A stretch of DNA of 32,000 nucleotides from Caldivirga maquilingensis IC-167. Its GTDB lineage: Archaea > Thermoproteota > Thermoprotei > Thermoproteales > Thermocladiaceae. Positions 18,317 through 27,260 of this stretch are shown here, piece after piece. A program made the position numbers and the translations under genes. Below the pieces are notes generated by a model, which worked only from the letters and a program-made list of their open reading frames with translations, was not told the origin of the DNA and did not search any database. The DNA lies in contig NC_009954.1 of assembly GCF_000018305.1 (NCBI RefSeq), positions 1,560,001 through 1,592,000 on the forward strand. The letters run 5' to 3'. Each line of letters begins with the position of its first letter. Position 1 is the first letter of the stretch.

Positions 18317-20131
18317 TTATTCCTTGCTCCTTACAGGTAGGACGATGTAGCTATTGGGTCCCAGATGCAGATTGACTACCGTATCCACCATTCTTGGTAG
18401 GAAGTATACGCCACCAATTGCAAGACGGCTATACATATCATCCTGGGTCCTTATTATGACACCTATCCTGTGCCCCTTCTGGATGACCCATGTTATCGGC
18501 ATTAAGTTGATGTCGTACTTCACCTTCTCTCCCTTCGGTACAGGGACTGGATCCTGGACCTTGTGCACTGGAGCCCATGGCTTTGACTTATTTTCATCAA
18601 TAGCTCTAAAGGAACCCCTGAGCCAGCCCTCTGTCATTAATTGCTTGCTACCGTCTGGGCTTACATCCACTACCGTTATCATCCAGTTTACGTCATCTTG
18701 ATCAATAGTCGCCTCTAAATGTAAGGCGGTTGGTCCTACTATCTCAGTGTCCTCGGTGAATGGATCCGTGTAGTAGTTTAGTGAGTAGACTGTGGGGTCC
18801 TTGAGGGGCATAGGTTGATACAACACGTCAGGTCTTGAATCACTCTCAGGGATAGTGGATAATTTATTCCCCTTCCTTAAGTAGAGGTTAATCCACTTAA
18901 TATCCTTCGGTGGCCAATCATCCTCAAACTTCCACTTATTCACCCCACCCATGAAGATCTTCACCGGTGGCTCATCCATGATGCCGTTGTCTATTCCCTT
19001 CAACCAGTAGTCAAACCACCTTATCATCTCGTATTGCATATGTACGAACGGTCTTGGGAACTCACCAGGGATGAATATGAGGAATTTCTTGTATTTTGAA
19101 CGGACCTTATTGTAAGCCTCAAATCCAGACCAATACACACGTGCCCCTCCACCCCCTGGGGCAGGAACACCGATGTATATTGGGAGTGTTACCTTATCAA
19201 GATTATCATTAACAGGCGTTGGATGAAAAGCTGACATCAGGTAATCAAACAAGATGGGTTCTCTCGGATAAACCAGTGATGATCTAACCTTGGGATGGAA
19301 CTTAATGTCAGGGTGCTCCAGTAACTCCTTAAGTCTCTTTTCAAATTCATCCTTGGGCAATATTTCTGGAGACATCGGTGGACCCCATTGGCGTACCGGC
19401 AACGAGCTATCGTGTATATGGCCACCATGGAATATGCCCGCTAGAGCAAGGTCTATCATCCCTGTAAATGGATCCGCAGGAGGATAGAATGAACCAATCG
19501 GGAACAGTGCAACTAAATGCGGTGGGGGATTATTGGTTGCAATCATGTATTGTGAAAGGGAGTAGGAGCTGGGGCCAATCATCCCCACCTTCCCGTTGCA
19601 CCAAGGCTGCTGTGCAACCCATTCTATGAGGTCGTAAATATCCTCAGGCTTGTGGAGGTCTATCAGAGTACGCGGAGGCCCCCCTTCAGATTTTCCTATC
19701 CCTCTTGGATCCGGTATCACGTAAACATACCCCCTGGAGACGAAGTACTCTATGTCTCCTGCCTCAAGGCTTCCATCCCACCAAGGACTCGTGTAATATG
19801 GTTGAGGAAGGTCTTTAAGCCATAGCACTGTTTCCTGGTTGTCCTTACCCCACATTCCCCATGCAACTAAGCAAGGAAACTTCTCGCCCTCCGCGTCCGG
19901 CAGATAGATATCGACAGCAAGATGCACCCCATCCCGCATCTTTACCATAATATCCTTCAGAATCTTCATCCTGTATTTTGGCGGAGAAACCTCCTCTTTA
20001 ACTATCACGGGGTAACCATCGAAAAGTCTACCCTTTATCTGCGCGTTAGGCGGCAACTTTTCGGGTTCTAGGCTGAATTGATTCGGAGCAATTTTTATTT
20101 CATCAGCCTTGAAAACAGACACAATCGACAT
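18317..20131 (-). CDS. CocE/NonD family hydrolase (X-Pro dipeptidyl-peptidase S15-like alpha/beta hydrolase)
   Basis: 604 aa. The nucleophile elbow is in GKVGMIGPSSYSLSQY (G-x-S-Y), the N-terminal region MRDGVHLAVDIYLP is typical, and there is a C-terminal beta-jelly-roll-sized domain. Confidence 0.7.
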   Translation of the reverse strand: MSIVSVFKADEIKIAPNQFSLEPEKLPPNAQIKGRLFDGYPVIVKEEVSPPKYRMKILKDIMVKMRDGVHLAVDIYLPDAEGEKFPCLVAWGMWGKDNQETVLWLKDLPQPYYTSPWWDGSLEAGDIEYFVSRGYVYVIPDPRGIGKSEGGPPRTLIDLHKPEDIYDLIEWVAQQPWCNGKVGMIGPSSYSLSQYMIATNNPPPHLVALFPIGSFYPPADPFTGMIDLALAGIFHGGHIHDSSLPVRQWGPPMSPEILPKDEFEKRLKELLEHPDIKFHPKVRSSLVYPREPILFDYLMSAFHPTPVNDNLDKVTLPIYIGVPAPGGGGARVYWSGFEAYNKVRSKYKKFLIFIPGEFPRPFVHMQYEMIRWFDYWLKGIDNGIMDEPPVKIFMGGVNKWKFEDDWPPKDIKWINLYLRKGNKLSTIPESDSRPDVLYQPMPLKDPTVYSLNYYTDPFTEDTEIVGPTALHLEATIDQDDVNWMITVVDVSPDGSKQLMTEGWLRGSFRAIDENKSKPWAPVHKVQDPVPVPKGEKVKYDINLMPITWVIQKGHRIGVIIRTQDDMYSRLAIGGVYFLPRMVDTVVNLHLGPNSYIVLPVRSKE

Positions 20132-20377
20132 TACCTCACCTAAATCCTAACACTCTGTGCTTTCTTATAAACCCTGTGCTATTATTAATTCTCTCATGTT
20201 AATGCCATTTCACAGTAAACGGACTTGCATGTCACATTATTGACCAATTTTAATTTTTAATTATCAGCATTATAATTAAGCTAAGTACTCATGCAAGCCA
20301 TTAAGACTTAACCAGTAAGTCCCTGAACCTTAATAATGCTTTCCTGAAGAGTGAGCAGGGTAGGTTCCTACTTTACT

Positions 20378-21568
20378 TCATGGTAAGGGATAGGTGTTAA
20401 GGATTCCTACTACTCCCCCAGTCAGTATCATGCTTATTGTTGTGAAGTAGATTATTGTTCTTAGCCTAGTGTAGGCGTATTGACCCATTATCCTCCTATT
20501 ACTGATTAGTATTCCAATTAGGGTTGCTGGTATTGCTATAACTATTGGTGCCAGGGATAGTAGTGTTAGGGCGAAGTTAAGTAGTGTTGAGTAATTATTA
20601 AGCATTAGTGAAACTATGATCACCGCTGGTACTGATTCAGCGGCATAGATTTTAATTGTGTTTTCGTAATTATTCTTACCCAGGGCCTCCAGTAAACCCC
20701 AGGCGCTGCTTAGGGATACCACCACTAGTGTTAGGAATCCTGCACTAACTAGGGCTAACCCAAACATGTAGTGGACTTTACCTAGGCTACTCAGTAACTG
20801 TATTGGGTCTGTTGGATCAACTCTACCTATTGATGAGCCTATGATTTCAGCGAACACTATTATTAACTCGGTTACAATAGCACCCATTAGCGTCTCCATG
20901 GTGATCCACTTATTCTTCTCATGAATACTCACCCTTATTCCCGGATTCGCATACTTCATTGCCGTTGCTGAGGATTGGTACACTAGCATGCATGGGGGAG
21001 TAACCACAGCACCTATGTTGACTGCCAGGAAGAAGAGGAAGCTCCTTGATGTTGAGAAGTAGAATAAGTCACTACCAGTGAAGTATAGTTTCGGCTCAAC
21101 TATGATTAACGTTGAGGTAATTAGTAGTAGGGAGATTATGATTAAGTACCTCTCAGTGACCTCATACTTCCTCGTCAACACGATGATTATGTGCAGTGTG
21201 AAGAAGGTGAGTAATCCGATAAGCGGGTTAATGCCGATTAAGTAACTCCCAATGGCAATCCCAACGTACTCGGCTAGGTATGTGAAGAAGTCCACTAGGA
21301 ATATTGGAACTATGGAGACTAGGGAAACCCTCCTGGAGTAATACTCCCTGATGAGTTCACCAACACCCTTACCGGTTATAGCCCCCAGTCTCCCAGCAGC
21401 CTCCTGTATTATGAATATTGGGATTGATAACAATAGGACAAACCACATTAACCTATACCCATAAACCTCACCAGTGGATAAACCACCCAGTATGCTGGCT
21501 GCATCAGCATCAGCCATTAAAGCCACCCATGCTGGCCCAAAAAGCCTAATTGCATCCCTTATGCTCAA
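20378..21568 (-). CDS. NRAMP-related metal-ion transporter with non-canonical binding-site motifs
   Basis: FGPAWVALMADADAASILGG...YGYRLMWFVLL aligns without gaps to the NRAMP TM1 region (GPG....DPGN....GY.LLW). About 11 TM helices. The DPGN and MPH motifs are replaced (see findings). Confidence 0.65.
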   Translation of the reverse strand: MSIRDAIRLFGPAWVALMADADAASILGGLSTGEVYGYRLMWFVLLLSIPIFIIQEAAGRLGAITGKGVGELIREYYSRRVSLVSIVPIFLVDFFTYLAEYVGIAIGSYLIGINPLIGLLTFFTLHIIIVLTRKYEVTERYLIIISLLLITSTLIIVEPKLYFTGSDLFYFSTSRSFLFFLAVNIGAVVTPPCMLVYQSSATAMKYANPGIRVSIHEKNKWITMETLMGAIVTELIIVFAEIIGSSIGRVDPTDPIQLLSSLGKVHYMFGLALVSAGFLTLVVVSLSSAWGLLEALGKNNYENTIKIYAAESVPAVIIVSLMLNNYSTLLNFALTLLSLAPIVIAIPATLIGILISNRRIMGQYAYTRLRTIIYFTTISMILTGGVVGILNTYPLP

Positions 21569-21693
21569 TCTAAATCACTACGATACGTAACCACTATGAA
21601 TTTTAAGGTTTCAGGCATAGTTCAAACCCAGGTGACTACCCTAAAAGTAAGTCAATTAAACTAATTCATCAAGGCAAGACCACTAGTTCAGAG

Positions 21694-22983
21694 TCACCTA
21701 ACCCAATAGTGAATTAGCAATGGTGTAATTAACCTCAACCAATGCAGCATAATAAACCAGTAACCAGTATTAACAGTATTCACACGTATAGTGGAGTCAC
21801 TGGGGCTTAGCGTGATTAAGGTGCATGCATTACTCAATACACCCTCACCCAGTAAGCCCCCTAATGGTGTAATCTTAACGTAGGTTAAATTATAGAAGTC
21901 GTAACCCACCAAGTACCCGCCCAGGATGAGTGAACCATTAATTACAGTAATACCAGAGACACCCAATTGCTCATTAAGCAGGGTTACCGGTATTACATTA
22001 CCGTAGGCTGGGTTTATGAAGCCTAGGTTCACGGTTAATTCATAATACATGGGTAAGCATGATGGGTTAATTAATGAGCCATTGGGAAGCATTAGTATTG
22101 GTGAGTAGTAGACTAATGGACCCAGGGGGGCTAGCCTACTAATATTAAATACCCTGTAACCATAATCAGTCTCACCACCAAGCAGGTAATCAACACCAGC
22201 ACTGGTTGAATTAACCAGAACCCCCTTGTAGAATTGATTAAGCGTAATGGTGAAGTACCTTAAGTAACTTGGGAATGGTAGATTATTTAACACCACTGGT
22301 AGTGACGTTACCCTAAATGACGCATTCAAGTCATTACCGAACCAGGAGTAAAAGACCGTGACACCGGGTAGTGGGACACCATAGTATAGTGAACCATTGT
22401 ACAGGTAGTGATGCCACAGGTAATACTTGAAGCCATTAGCCTCAATCAAGTAACCATTAACGCTGGTTAAATTACCCAACACATCACCCAACGACTCACT
22501 ACCAGTTATGAATAAGAACACAGTGTAGTTAAACCCACCCACGGACGCAACAATTGAAACAAGCCAACGACCACTAAGGCTTAATGGCTGAGGCATTAGG
22601 TTAACCGGGTATGTTAAATTAACCACCCACTCAACACCACCCCTTAACCCACTCACTGAAGTAGACTTAAGCAATATTGGGTACTGCATTGAGGTCGCAT
22701 TAGCAATAATTAATGTTAACCTCAAACCAGCCACACCAAGCCATGGAGCCGTAACATTCTCCTCATTAATCAATATGCCGTAGGCTAATGGGTGAGTTAA
22801 CTTCAGTGAATCAATGTAGCTTAATGGCGGTTCACCGTGGGTTAGATTCATTGAAATAATGTAAACCTTACTAACATACACAACGGGCAATGGCGATGAT
22901 GGAACATAAACCGCTAACGTAACTACCGCTAACACTAATAATAAGGTAATGGTAATCAGTATCACTAAGTTACCTGACTCCAT
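21694..22983 (-). CDS. Signal-anchored extracellular protein, function unknown, sequon-rich
   Basis: 429-aa ORF with an N-terminal TM anchor (LVILITITLLLVLAVVTLAV) and many N-x-S/T motifs. No recognisable domain. Confidence 0.5.
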   Translation of the reverse strand: MESGNLVILITITLLLVLAVVTLAVYVPSSPLPVVYVSKVYIISMNLTHGEPPLSYIDSLKLTHPLAYGILINEENVTAPWLGVAGLRLTLIIANATSMQYPILLKSTSVSGLRGGVEWVVNLTYPVNLMPQPLSLSGRWLVSIVASVGGFNYTVFLFITGSESLGDVLGNLTSVNGYLIEANGFKYYLWHHYLYNGSLYYGVPLPGVTVFYSWFGNDLNASFRVTSLPVVLNNLPFPSYLRYFTITLNQFYKGVLVNSTSAGVDYLLGGETDYGYRVFNISRLAPLGPLVYYSPILMLPNGSLINPSCLPMYYELTVNLGFINPAYGNVIPVTLLNEQLGVSGITVINGSLILGGYLVGYDFYNLTYVKITPLGGLLGEGVLSNACTLITLSPSDSTIRVNTVNTGYWFIMLHWLRLITPLLIHYWVR

Positions 22984-23087
22984 AATTATGGAGTATTAAT
23001 TCAGTTAAAAACTTTATTCAAACCCAGCACCAATATTAAAGCTTTACAACACCATGCAGGCTTAACACTATTAAAGCAACATGCGTA

Positions 23088-23382
23088 CTTTCTAATCCCT
23101 TTTGGGATTTTCATGAAAAAGCCATAATTGTTACAGGGAAAAAGGAAAATAACTTTCTAATCCCTTTTGGGATTTTCGGATGCATTCCCCTACTCCATAA
23201 CAACCGTGAGGGGTTTGATTAATCTTTCTAATCCCTCTTGGGATTTTCTTAATTATTAAGTCTTTATCCTTAATTTTTTAATTCGAATTCCCTTTCTAAT
23301 CCCTCTTGGGATTTTCTGGATTGATTTAAGCGGTAACGGTTACAATGCAGTATTCGTCTTTCTAATCCCTTTTGGGATTTTC
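23088..23382 (-). CRISPR. CRISPR array 1: five 25-bp repeats and four spacers, transcribed on the minus strand away from the leader at 23383
   Basis: Repeats CTTTCTAATCCC[T/C]TTTGGGATTTTC at 23088, 23153, 23224, 23292 and 23358. Spacers are 40, 46, 43 and 41 bp. The reverse complement ends in ATTAGAAAG, resembling the ATTGAAAG 8-nt crRNA handle source of crenarchaeal repeats, which sets the orientation. Confidence 0.95.
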
Positions 23383-23590
23383 TGAGCTATCAGCTTTTTT
23401 AGGTTTTTTAAGTTTTTCTTCATGGTTTGCTTTGTTTATCATTGGCACAACCATTCCGCTATTCCTCACTCCCACATCCCTGTGCTGATGATGCAATGAA
23501 GCCCTCTAATGGTTGTGCCAATTGAAAGAAATGAAGAATGATAATGAAACTGTGCCGATGAAAAAATATAGAGTATATATTTGACTCAAT
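23383..23590 (-). promoter_or_regulatory. CRISPR leader 1 (AT-rich, about 200 bp)
   Basis: It directly abuts repeat 5. Its reverse complement aligns by eye along most of its length with 28300..28508 upstream of array 2. Confidence 0.75.
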
Positions 23591-23726
23591 GAAAGAAGAC
23601 AGGAATCACAAACAAGAATAAAACCACAAACCAACACAACCCCCGTCAACCCCCGTGTTCCCCAGGTGGTTGTGGGATTTCATAAGGAGTTCCACTGAGG
23701 CTGGTTCATATATTGAGACTAGGGGT

Positions 23727-23751
23727 ATTTCTAATCCCTCTTGGGATTTTC
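23727..23751 (-). CRISPR. Orphan CRISPR repeat followed by an approximately 40-bp leader-like fragment
   Basis: ATTTCTAATCCCTCTTGGGATTTTC has one mismatch to the repeat. The next bases, taaactattggttttaagatttttaagtttttct, resemble the repeat-proximal leader tgagctatcagcttttttaggttttttaagtttttct. Confidence 0.8.
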
Positions 23752-24067
23752 TAAACTATTGGTTTTAAGATTTTTAAGTTTTTCTCTATTAGTTGTTCAC
23801 AAGGGTAGGCATCAATTAGCTCAGGTTGTGGCGTATGCGTTGGCTGTTGAGGAGACGCTTAAGGTTACTGTTGATGAGGCGGTAATGATTAGTGTTAATG
23901 GTGGTTTAACTAGGTTTAAGATAACCCCATGGTTAAGGAATTGGATTATTAATGAGTTAGGTAGTTTAAGGAGTATGATCAATAGGCAGGAGTTACCGAA
24001 GCCTACTATTGATAAGGCTAAGTGCTCAGCATGCTTCTATAGGAGTATTTGCTTAAAGTACGGTTAA
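23741..24067 (+). pseudogene. cas4: 5'-truncated cas4 remnant; only the C-terminal part looks like Cas4
   Basis: HQLAQVVAYALAVEETL matches the RecB-nuclease Q-h-x-x-Y motif, and the C-terminal KCSACFYRSIC matches the Cas4 C-x2-C-x5-C Fe-S cysteines. The N-terminal roughly 20 codons of the ORF are encoded by the orphan repeat and leader-like DNA. The N-terminal Cys and the D..ExK nuclease motifs are absent. Confidence 0.6.
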
Positions 24068-24085
24068 GTATTTATTACGAGTAAA

Positions 24086-24973
24086 GTGAATACACTTATG
24101 GTTACTTTACATAAAGTAACCATAGCCTTCACCCCAAGTATTGATGTACCCTTCATTAATTGGCATGGCTTAATATTAAGTGCATTAGTCACTGAGGCAT
24201 TGATTAATGGTGGATTCGCCATTGATCATAATGCCAGGAAACACCTATACATTACACCAATACTGAATCAGAAGGATGAACCAATACTGGGTAGAGTGTT
24301 GAAAGGAGGCTTGGAGTATAAGTTTAACGTAACCGTAGTTAATGAGGAGGCTAGGGATGCATTAGTGAATTGGTTCGTTAAGAAGAACGGCTTCATTCTA
24401 AACGGCGTCAACGCATCATTAACATCAGTAAGCATAACGGAGGAGAAGGTTGAGATAAGCAGTGGAGGTAAGGGTAATGAGTCAAGTAAGGTTATTGTAA
24501 CGTGGAATGTGGATTACGGCCCAACCGTGTTTAGGTTTAGGGCCAGTAACGTACTTTATCCAAGCCCAAGGATGCTCATCTTCAGTATGGCTAGGAGGTT
24601 GAGTGATGTACTTACGAATAATGAGATAGTTATTAGGAGGGGTAATGTGGAGTACGTGGGTGTAATAGGCAGTATTAACCTTAAGGATATTGCCAGGGAA
24701 TTAGCATTAAACACTGAGCTAATTAAGTTCACTGGATTTAAGTTAATTAAGTTAAGCCTTGGGAGTAGGGGTAATGTTGAGAGGAGGGTACCTGCATTCA
24801 CGGCTAAGGCAAGCTACTTAACACTAGTGGATAAGTCAACGTTACCCATATTTAGGGAGATGATTAAAGTAGCCAACATGACTGGTGTAGGTAAGAATAC
24901 ATCAATAGCATTAGGGTACGTGAAGACAAGGATAGAGGGCATTAGGGAAATTAAGGGGAGCAGTAATCAATAA
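24086..24973 (+). CDS. cas6: Cas6-like CRISPR repeat endoribonuclease
   Basis: The C-terminal glycine-rich loop GVGKNTSIALGYV resembles the Cas6 G-h-G-x(5-7)-G-h-G signature. The size fits a double-ferredoxin protein and the gene lies inside the CRISPR locus. The likely true start is ATG 24098, about 25 nt after a TATTTATTA box. Confidence 0.6.
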   Translation: MNTLMVTLHKVTIAFTPSIDVPFINWHGLILSALVTEALINGGFAIDHNARKHLYITPILNQKDEPILGRVLKGGLEYKFNVTVVNEEARDALVNWFVKKNGFILNGVNASLTSVSITEEKVEISSGGKGNESSKVIVTWNVDYGPTVFRFRASNVLYPSPRMLIFSMARRLSDVLTNNEIVIRRGNVEYVGVIGSINLKDIARELALNTELIKFTGFKLIKLSLGSRGNVERRVPAFTAKASYLTLVDKSTLPIFREMIKVANMTGVGKNTSIALGYVKTRIEGIREIKGSSNQ

Positions 24974-25032
24974 TTCATCGATAATTCCTTACGCCTATCC
25001 GCACCTCGGCTTGGGAAGCATGCTTAATTTAA

Positions 25033-26394
25033 TTAATCCACGCAGCAGCTCATCTTAGTGATGTCTCTATAGAAGGCTTGTGCAGCTAACTTCAGTGACT
25101 CAGCCATTGTCGGGAAGACGTGTATTGTGTCTATTAGGTCATTGATTGTTGCCTTAAGCCTAATGGCTAATGCGGCTTCATTTATGAATTCCGCCGCGTT
25201 CTCACCCATGGCGTGGACGCCAATTATCCTCCCACTGCCCTTCTCAATAATCATTTTAACTAAACCATTAGTGTCACCTAGTATGTGTGCCTTAGCCACA
25301 TTATCCATGAAGACAACCCTATAATCCACATCAATACCCATGGCAACAGCCTCAGCAACAGTTAACCCAACCCTAGCTAAATTAGGCTTAGTGAATATGG
25401 CTTGAGGCACAGCAAGCATGTCAATTCTCCTATGGGCATTAAGCACAGCGTTATCAACAGCAACCACACCCTGCTTACCGGCCAGGGCCTCAAGCATGGG
25501 TCCGCCTAATACATCACCAGCCGCGTAAACCCTTGGGTTTGTGGTCCTTAACTCATCATCAACCAGGATACCGCCTTTCTCACTTAGTTTAATACCAGCC
25601 TCATTAAGGTTAAGGTCAACATTAGGCCTCCTACCCATGGCTACAAGGATTTCATCAGCCTCCAACTCACCCTTATCAGTCACAACAACCTTACCCTCAA
25701 CACCCTGCTTAACCTCCAGCACCCTAGTACCTGTAAGCACCACTACGCCACTCTGCTCAAGCACCTGCCTAATGCCCAGTGATATTTCAGGTTCCCAATC
25801 CGGTATGAGTACTTGACTCCTCTGAACCACGGCTACATCAACACCAAGCATCCTATACATTTGCGCAAACTCCAATGCCTGCGCCCTACCACCGAGCACT
25901 ATCAGTGACCCAATTCTACGCTGTGGGTTAAGGGCCTCCACATTTGTCCAGTAACCCACCTCCCTTAATCCCTTTATGTTGGGTATGTTTGGTGATGAAC
26001 CCGTGGCCACTATGAACCTCTCACCCTCAATAACCCTACCATTAACCTTAACTGAATTAGGGGAGGTGAAGTACGCCCTACCCTCAATCAACTCCACGTC
26101 ATACTTAGCTAACACATCCTCGTACTTAAGCTTCCTAAGCTTATTCACAATATCCAGTTCATGCTTAAAGGCGCTCATGTAATCCCAGTTAAGGCTTGGT
26201 TCAAAACCCTTCGCGTAACCGTAAAGTTCACCAATCCTGAGGACTGTCTTTGATGGTACGCAACCCACATTAACGCACGTCCCACCCAATGGTCCATAAC
26301 CAATCAATGTGGGTTTAATACCGAGTTCATTAGCCCTTATCAATGCTGCGAAGCCAGCTGCCCCATAACCAATAATAACCAGTTCCTTAGCCAT
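25033..26394 (-). CDS. merA: Mercuric reductase (core enzyme without an NmerA domain)
   Basis: The FAD motif IIGYGAAG, the redox-active GGTCVNVGCVPSK that is characteristic of MerA, and the C-terminal vicinal cysteine pair (KMSCCVD) that distinguishes MerA from other pyridine nucleotide-disulfide oxidoreductases. Confidence 0.85.
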   Translation of the reverse strand: MAKELVIIGYGAAGFAALIRANELGIKPTLIGYGPLGGTCVNVGCVPSKTVLRIGELYGYAKGFEPSLNWDYMSAFKHELDIVNKLRKLKYEDVLAKYDVELIEGRAYFTSPNSVKVNGRVIEGERFIVATGSSPNIPNIKGLREVGYWTNVEALNPQRRIGSLIVLGGRAQALEFAQMYRMLGVDVAVVQRSQVLIPDWEPEISLGIRQVLEQSGVVVLTGTRVLEVKQGVEGKVVVTDKGELEADEILVAMGRRPNVDLNLNEAGIKLSEKGGILVDDELRTTNPRVYAAGDVLGGPMLEALAGKQGVVAVDNAVLNAHRRIDMLAVPQAIFTKPNLARVGLTVAEAVAMGIDVDYRVVFMDNVAKAHILGDTNGLVKMIIEKGSGRIIGVHAMGENAAEFINEAALAIRLKATINDLIDTIHVFPTMAESLKLAAQAFYRDITKMSCCVD

Positions 26395-26471
26395 AAAACC
26401 ACCACGGATTCATTACTGGGAATAAGGATGAGTCATTTTGATTCACAGTTAATCACTCACCGTGAGGTGAT

Positions 26472-26639
26472 TTAAACACCCCCATGCCTCTGTTCAAAGG
26501 CATTAGCGCAGTGCTCGCAACAGAAGTAATGCCTCTCACCGTTTATTACACGCACATAGGCTCTCTCCAAGGTTATAGGCATACCGCAGTTCTCGCACCT
26601 TAATCCACCCTGTGTACTCGTATTATTCCTCAGCCTCAT
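26472..26639 (-). CDS. merH: TRASH-domain metallochaperone-like protein (MerH-like), 55 aa, absent from the ORF track
   Basis: Hand translation gives MRLRNNTSTQGGLRCENCGMPITLERAYVRVINGERHYFCCEHCANAFEQRHGGV. C15-x2-C18-x21-C40-x3-C44 fits the TRASH pattern C-x2-C-x19-22-C-x3-C. The gene lies immediately upstream of merA on the same strand, with an ATTTAAATA TATA box about 25 nt upstream. Confidence 0.65.
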   Translation of the reverse strand: MRLRNNTSTQGGLRCENCGMPITLERAYVRVINGERHYFCCEHCANAFEQRHGGV

Positions 26640-26659
26640 AACGGGCACTCAGCCTCAGT

Positions 26660-26720
26660 ATTTAAATTATTTTTTCTTCATATGAAAATTTATTCATATG
26701 TTAAAAATCTTTAAAAGCTA
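26660..26720. promoter_or_regulatory. Divergent mer promoter region: two TATA boxes flanking an 8-bp inverted repeat
   Basis: ATTTAAATA (26660-26668) serves the minus-strand merH-merA genes and TTTAAAAG (26710-26717) serves the plus-strand membrane gene. Between them lies CATATGAA-N6-TTCATATG (26679..26700). Confidence 0.45.
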
Positions 26721-26738
26721 AGCAATTACTCAACGGTG

Positions 26739-27260
26739 ATGCTGAGGCCAGGTAACCAAACCTTCAGTGAGATTCAAACCGTGGCCAAGGTTCTGGTAAC
26801 GGTCATTGGTAACCCAAGGTACACGATTGTTTTCATAGCCTCCTTCCTACTACTCTTTACAGCATTCTACTACCTGTATACCACGGGGCATGTGGGTTAC
26901 ATCCTCCTAAGAAACTACTACGTATACTACGACTTGGCTTCATCATTAGTCGTATCCCTATTGAACAGTATGGTTATGGTAATGGGTCTTTACGGTTTGA
27001 GACTTAGATTAAGTGGCTTAAGTATACCTTCCATAGCTTTAGGATTAGCGCCAACCGCATGCTGCGCCCCAACCGTGGCAGCATTAGTAACCTCAGTGGT
27101 GGCTTCAATGGCTGGTTCATCAACAGCATTACTAACCGTGGGTAAGCTTCAGGGTGTATTAGGCGTCTATAACCCAATCTTCGTGGCATTATCCATAGCA
27201 ATAGCTGTTGTGGGGCTTAATAATGTGGCAAAGAACCTAGTGTGCTCATGCAGTAGGTGA
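26739..27260 (+). CDS. Four-TM membrane protein with an intramembrane vicinal cysteine pair (PTACCAPT) and a C-terminal CSC; candidate Hg(II) or thiol-disulfide transporter
   Basis: 174-aa ORF (track start GTG 26736, ATG 26739). The CC pair flanked by prolines sits in a predicted TM helix, and the second cysteine cluster VCSCSR lies at the C-terminus. The gene is divergent from merH-merA. Confidence 0.55.
   Translation: MLRPGNQTFSEIQTVAKVLVTVIGNPRYTIVFIASFLLLFTAFYYLYTTGHVGYILLRNYYVYYDLASSLVVSLLNSMVMVMGLYGLRLRLSGLSIPSIALGLAPTACCAPTVAALVTSVVASMAGSSTALLTVGKLQGVLGVYNPIFVALSIAIAVVGLNNVAKNLVCSCSR

Noticed and set aside
23486-23491. TGATGA (C-box-like) inside leader 1, a possible C/D box sRNA
   Set aside because: No correctly spaced CTGA D box or terminal stem was found. 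The motif is better explained as part of the conserved leader.
25127-26182. Plus-strand track ORFs 25127..25324, 25541..25816 and 25976..26182
   Set aside because: They are antisense to merA, with Ser/Leu/Thr-rich shadow-frame composition.
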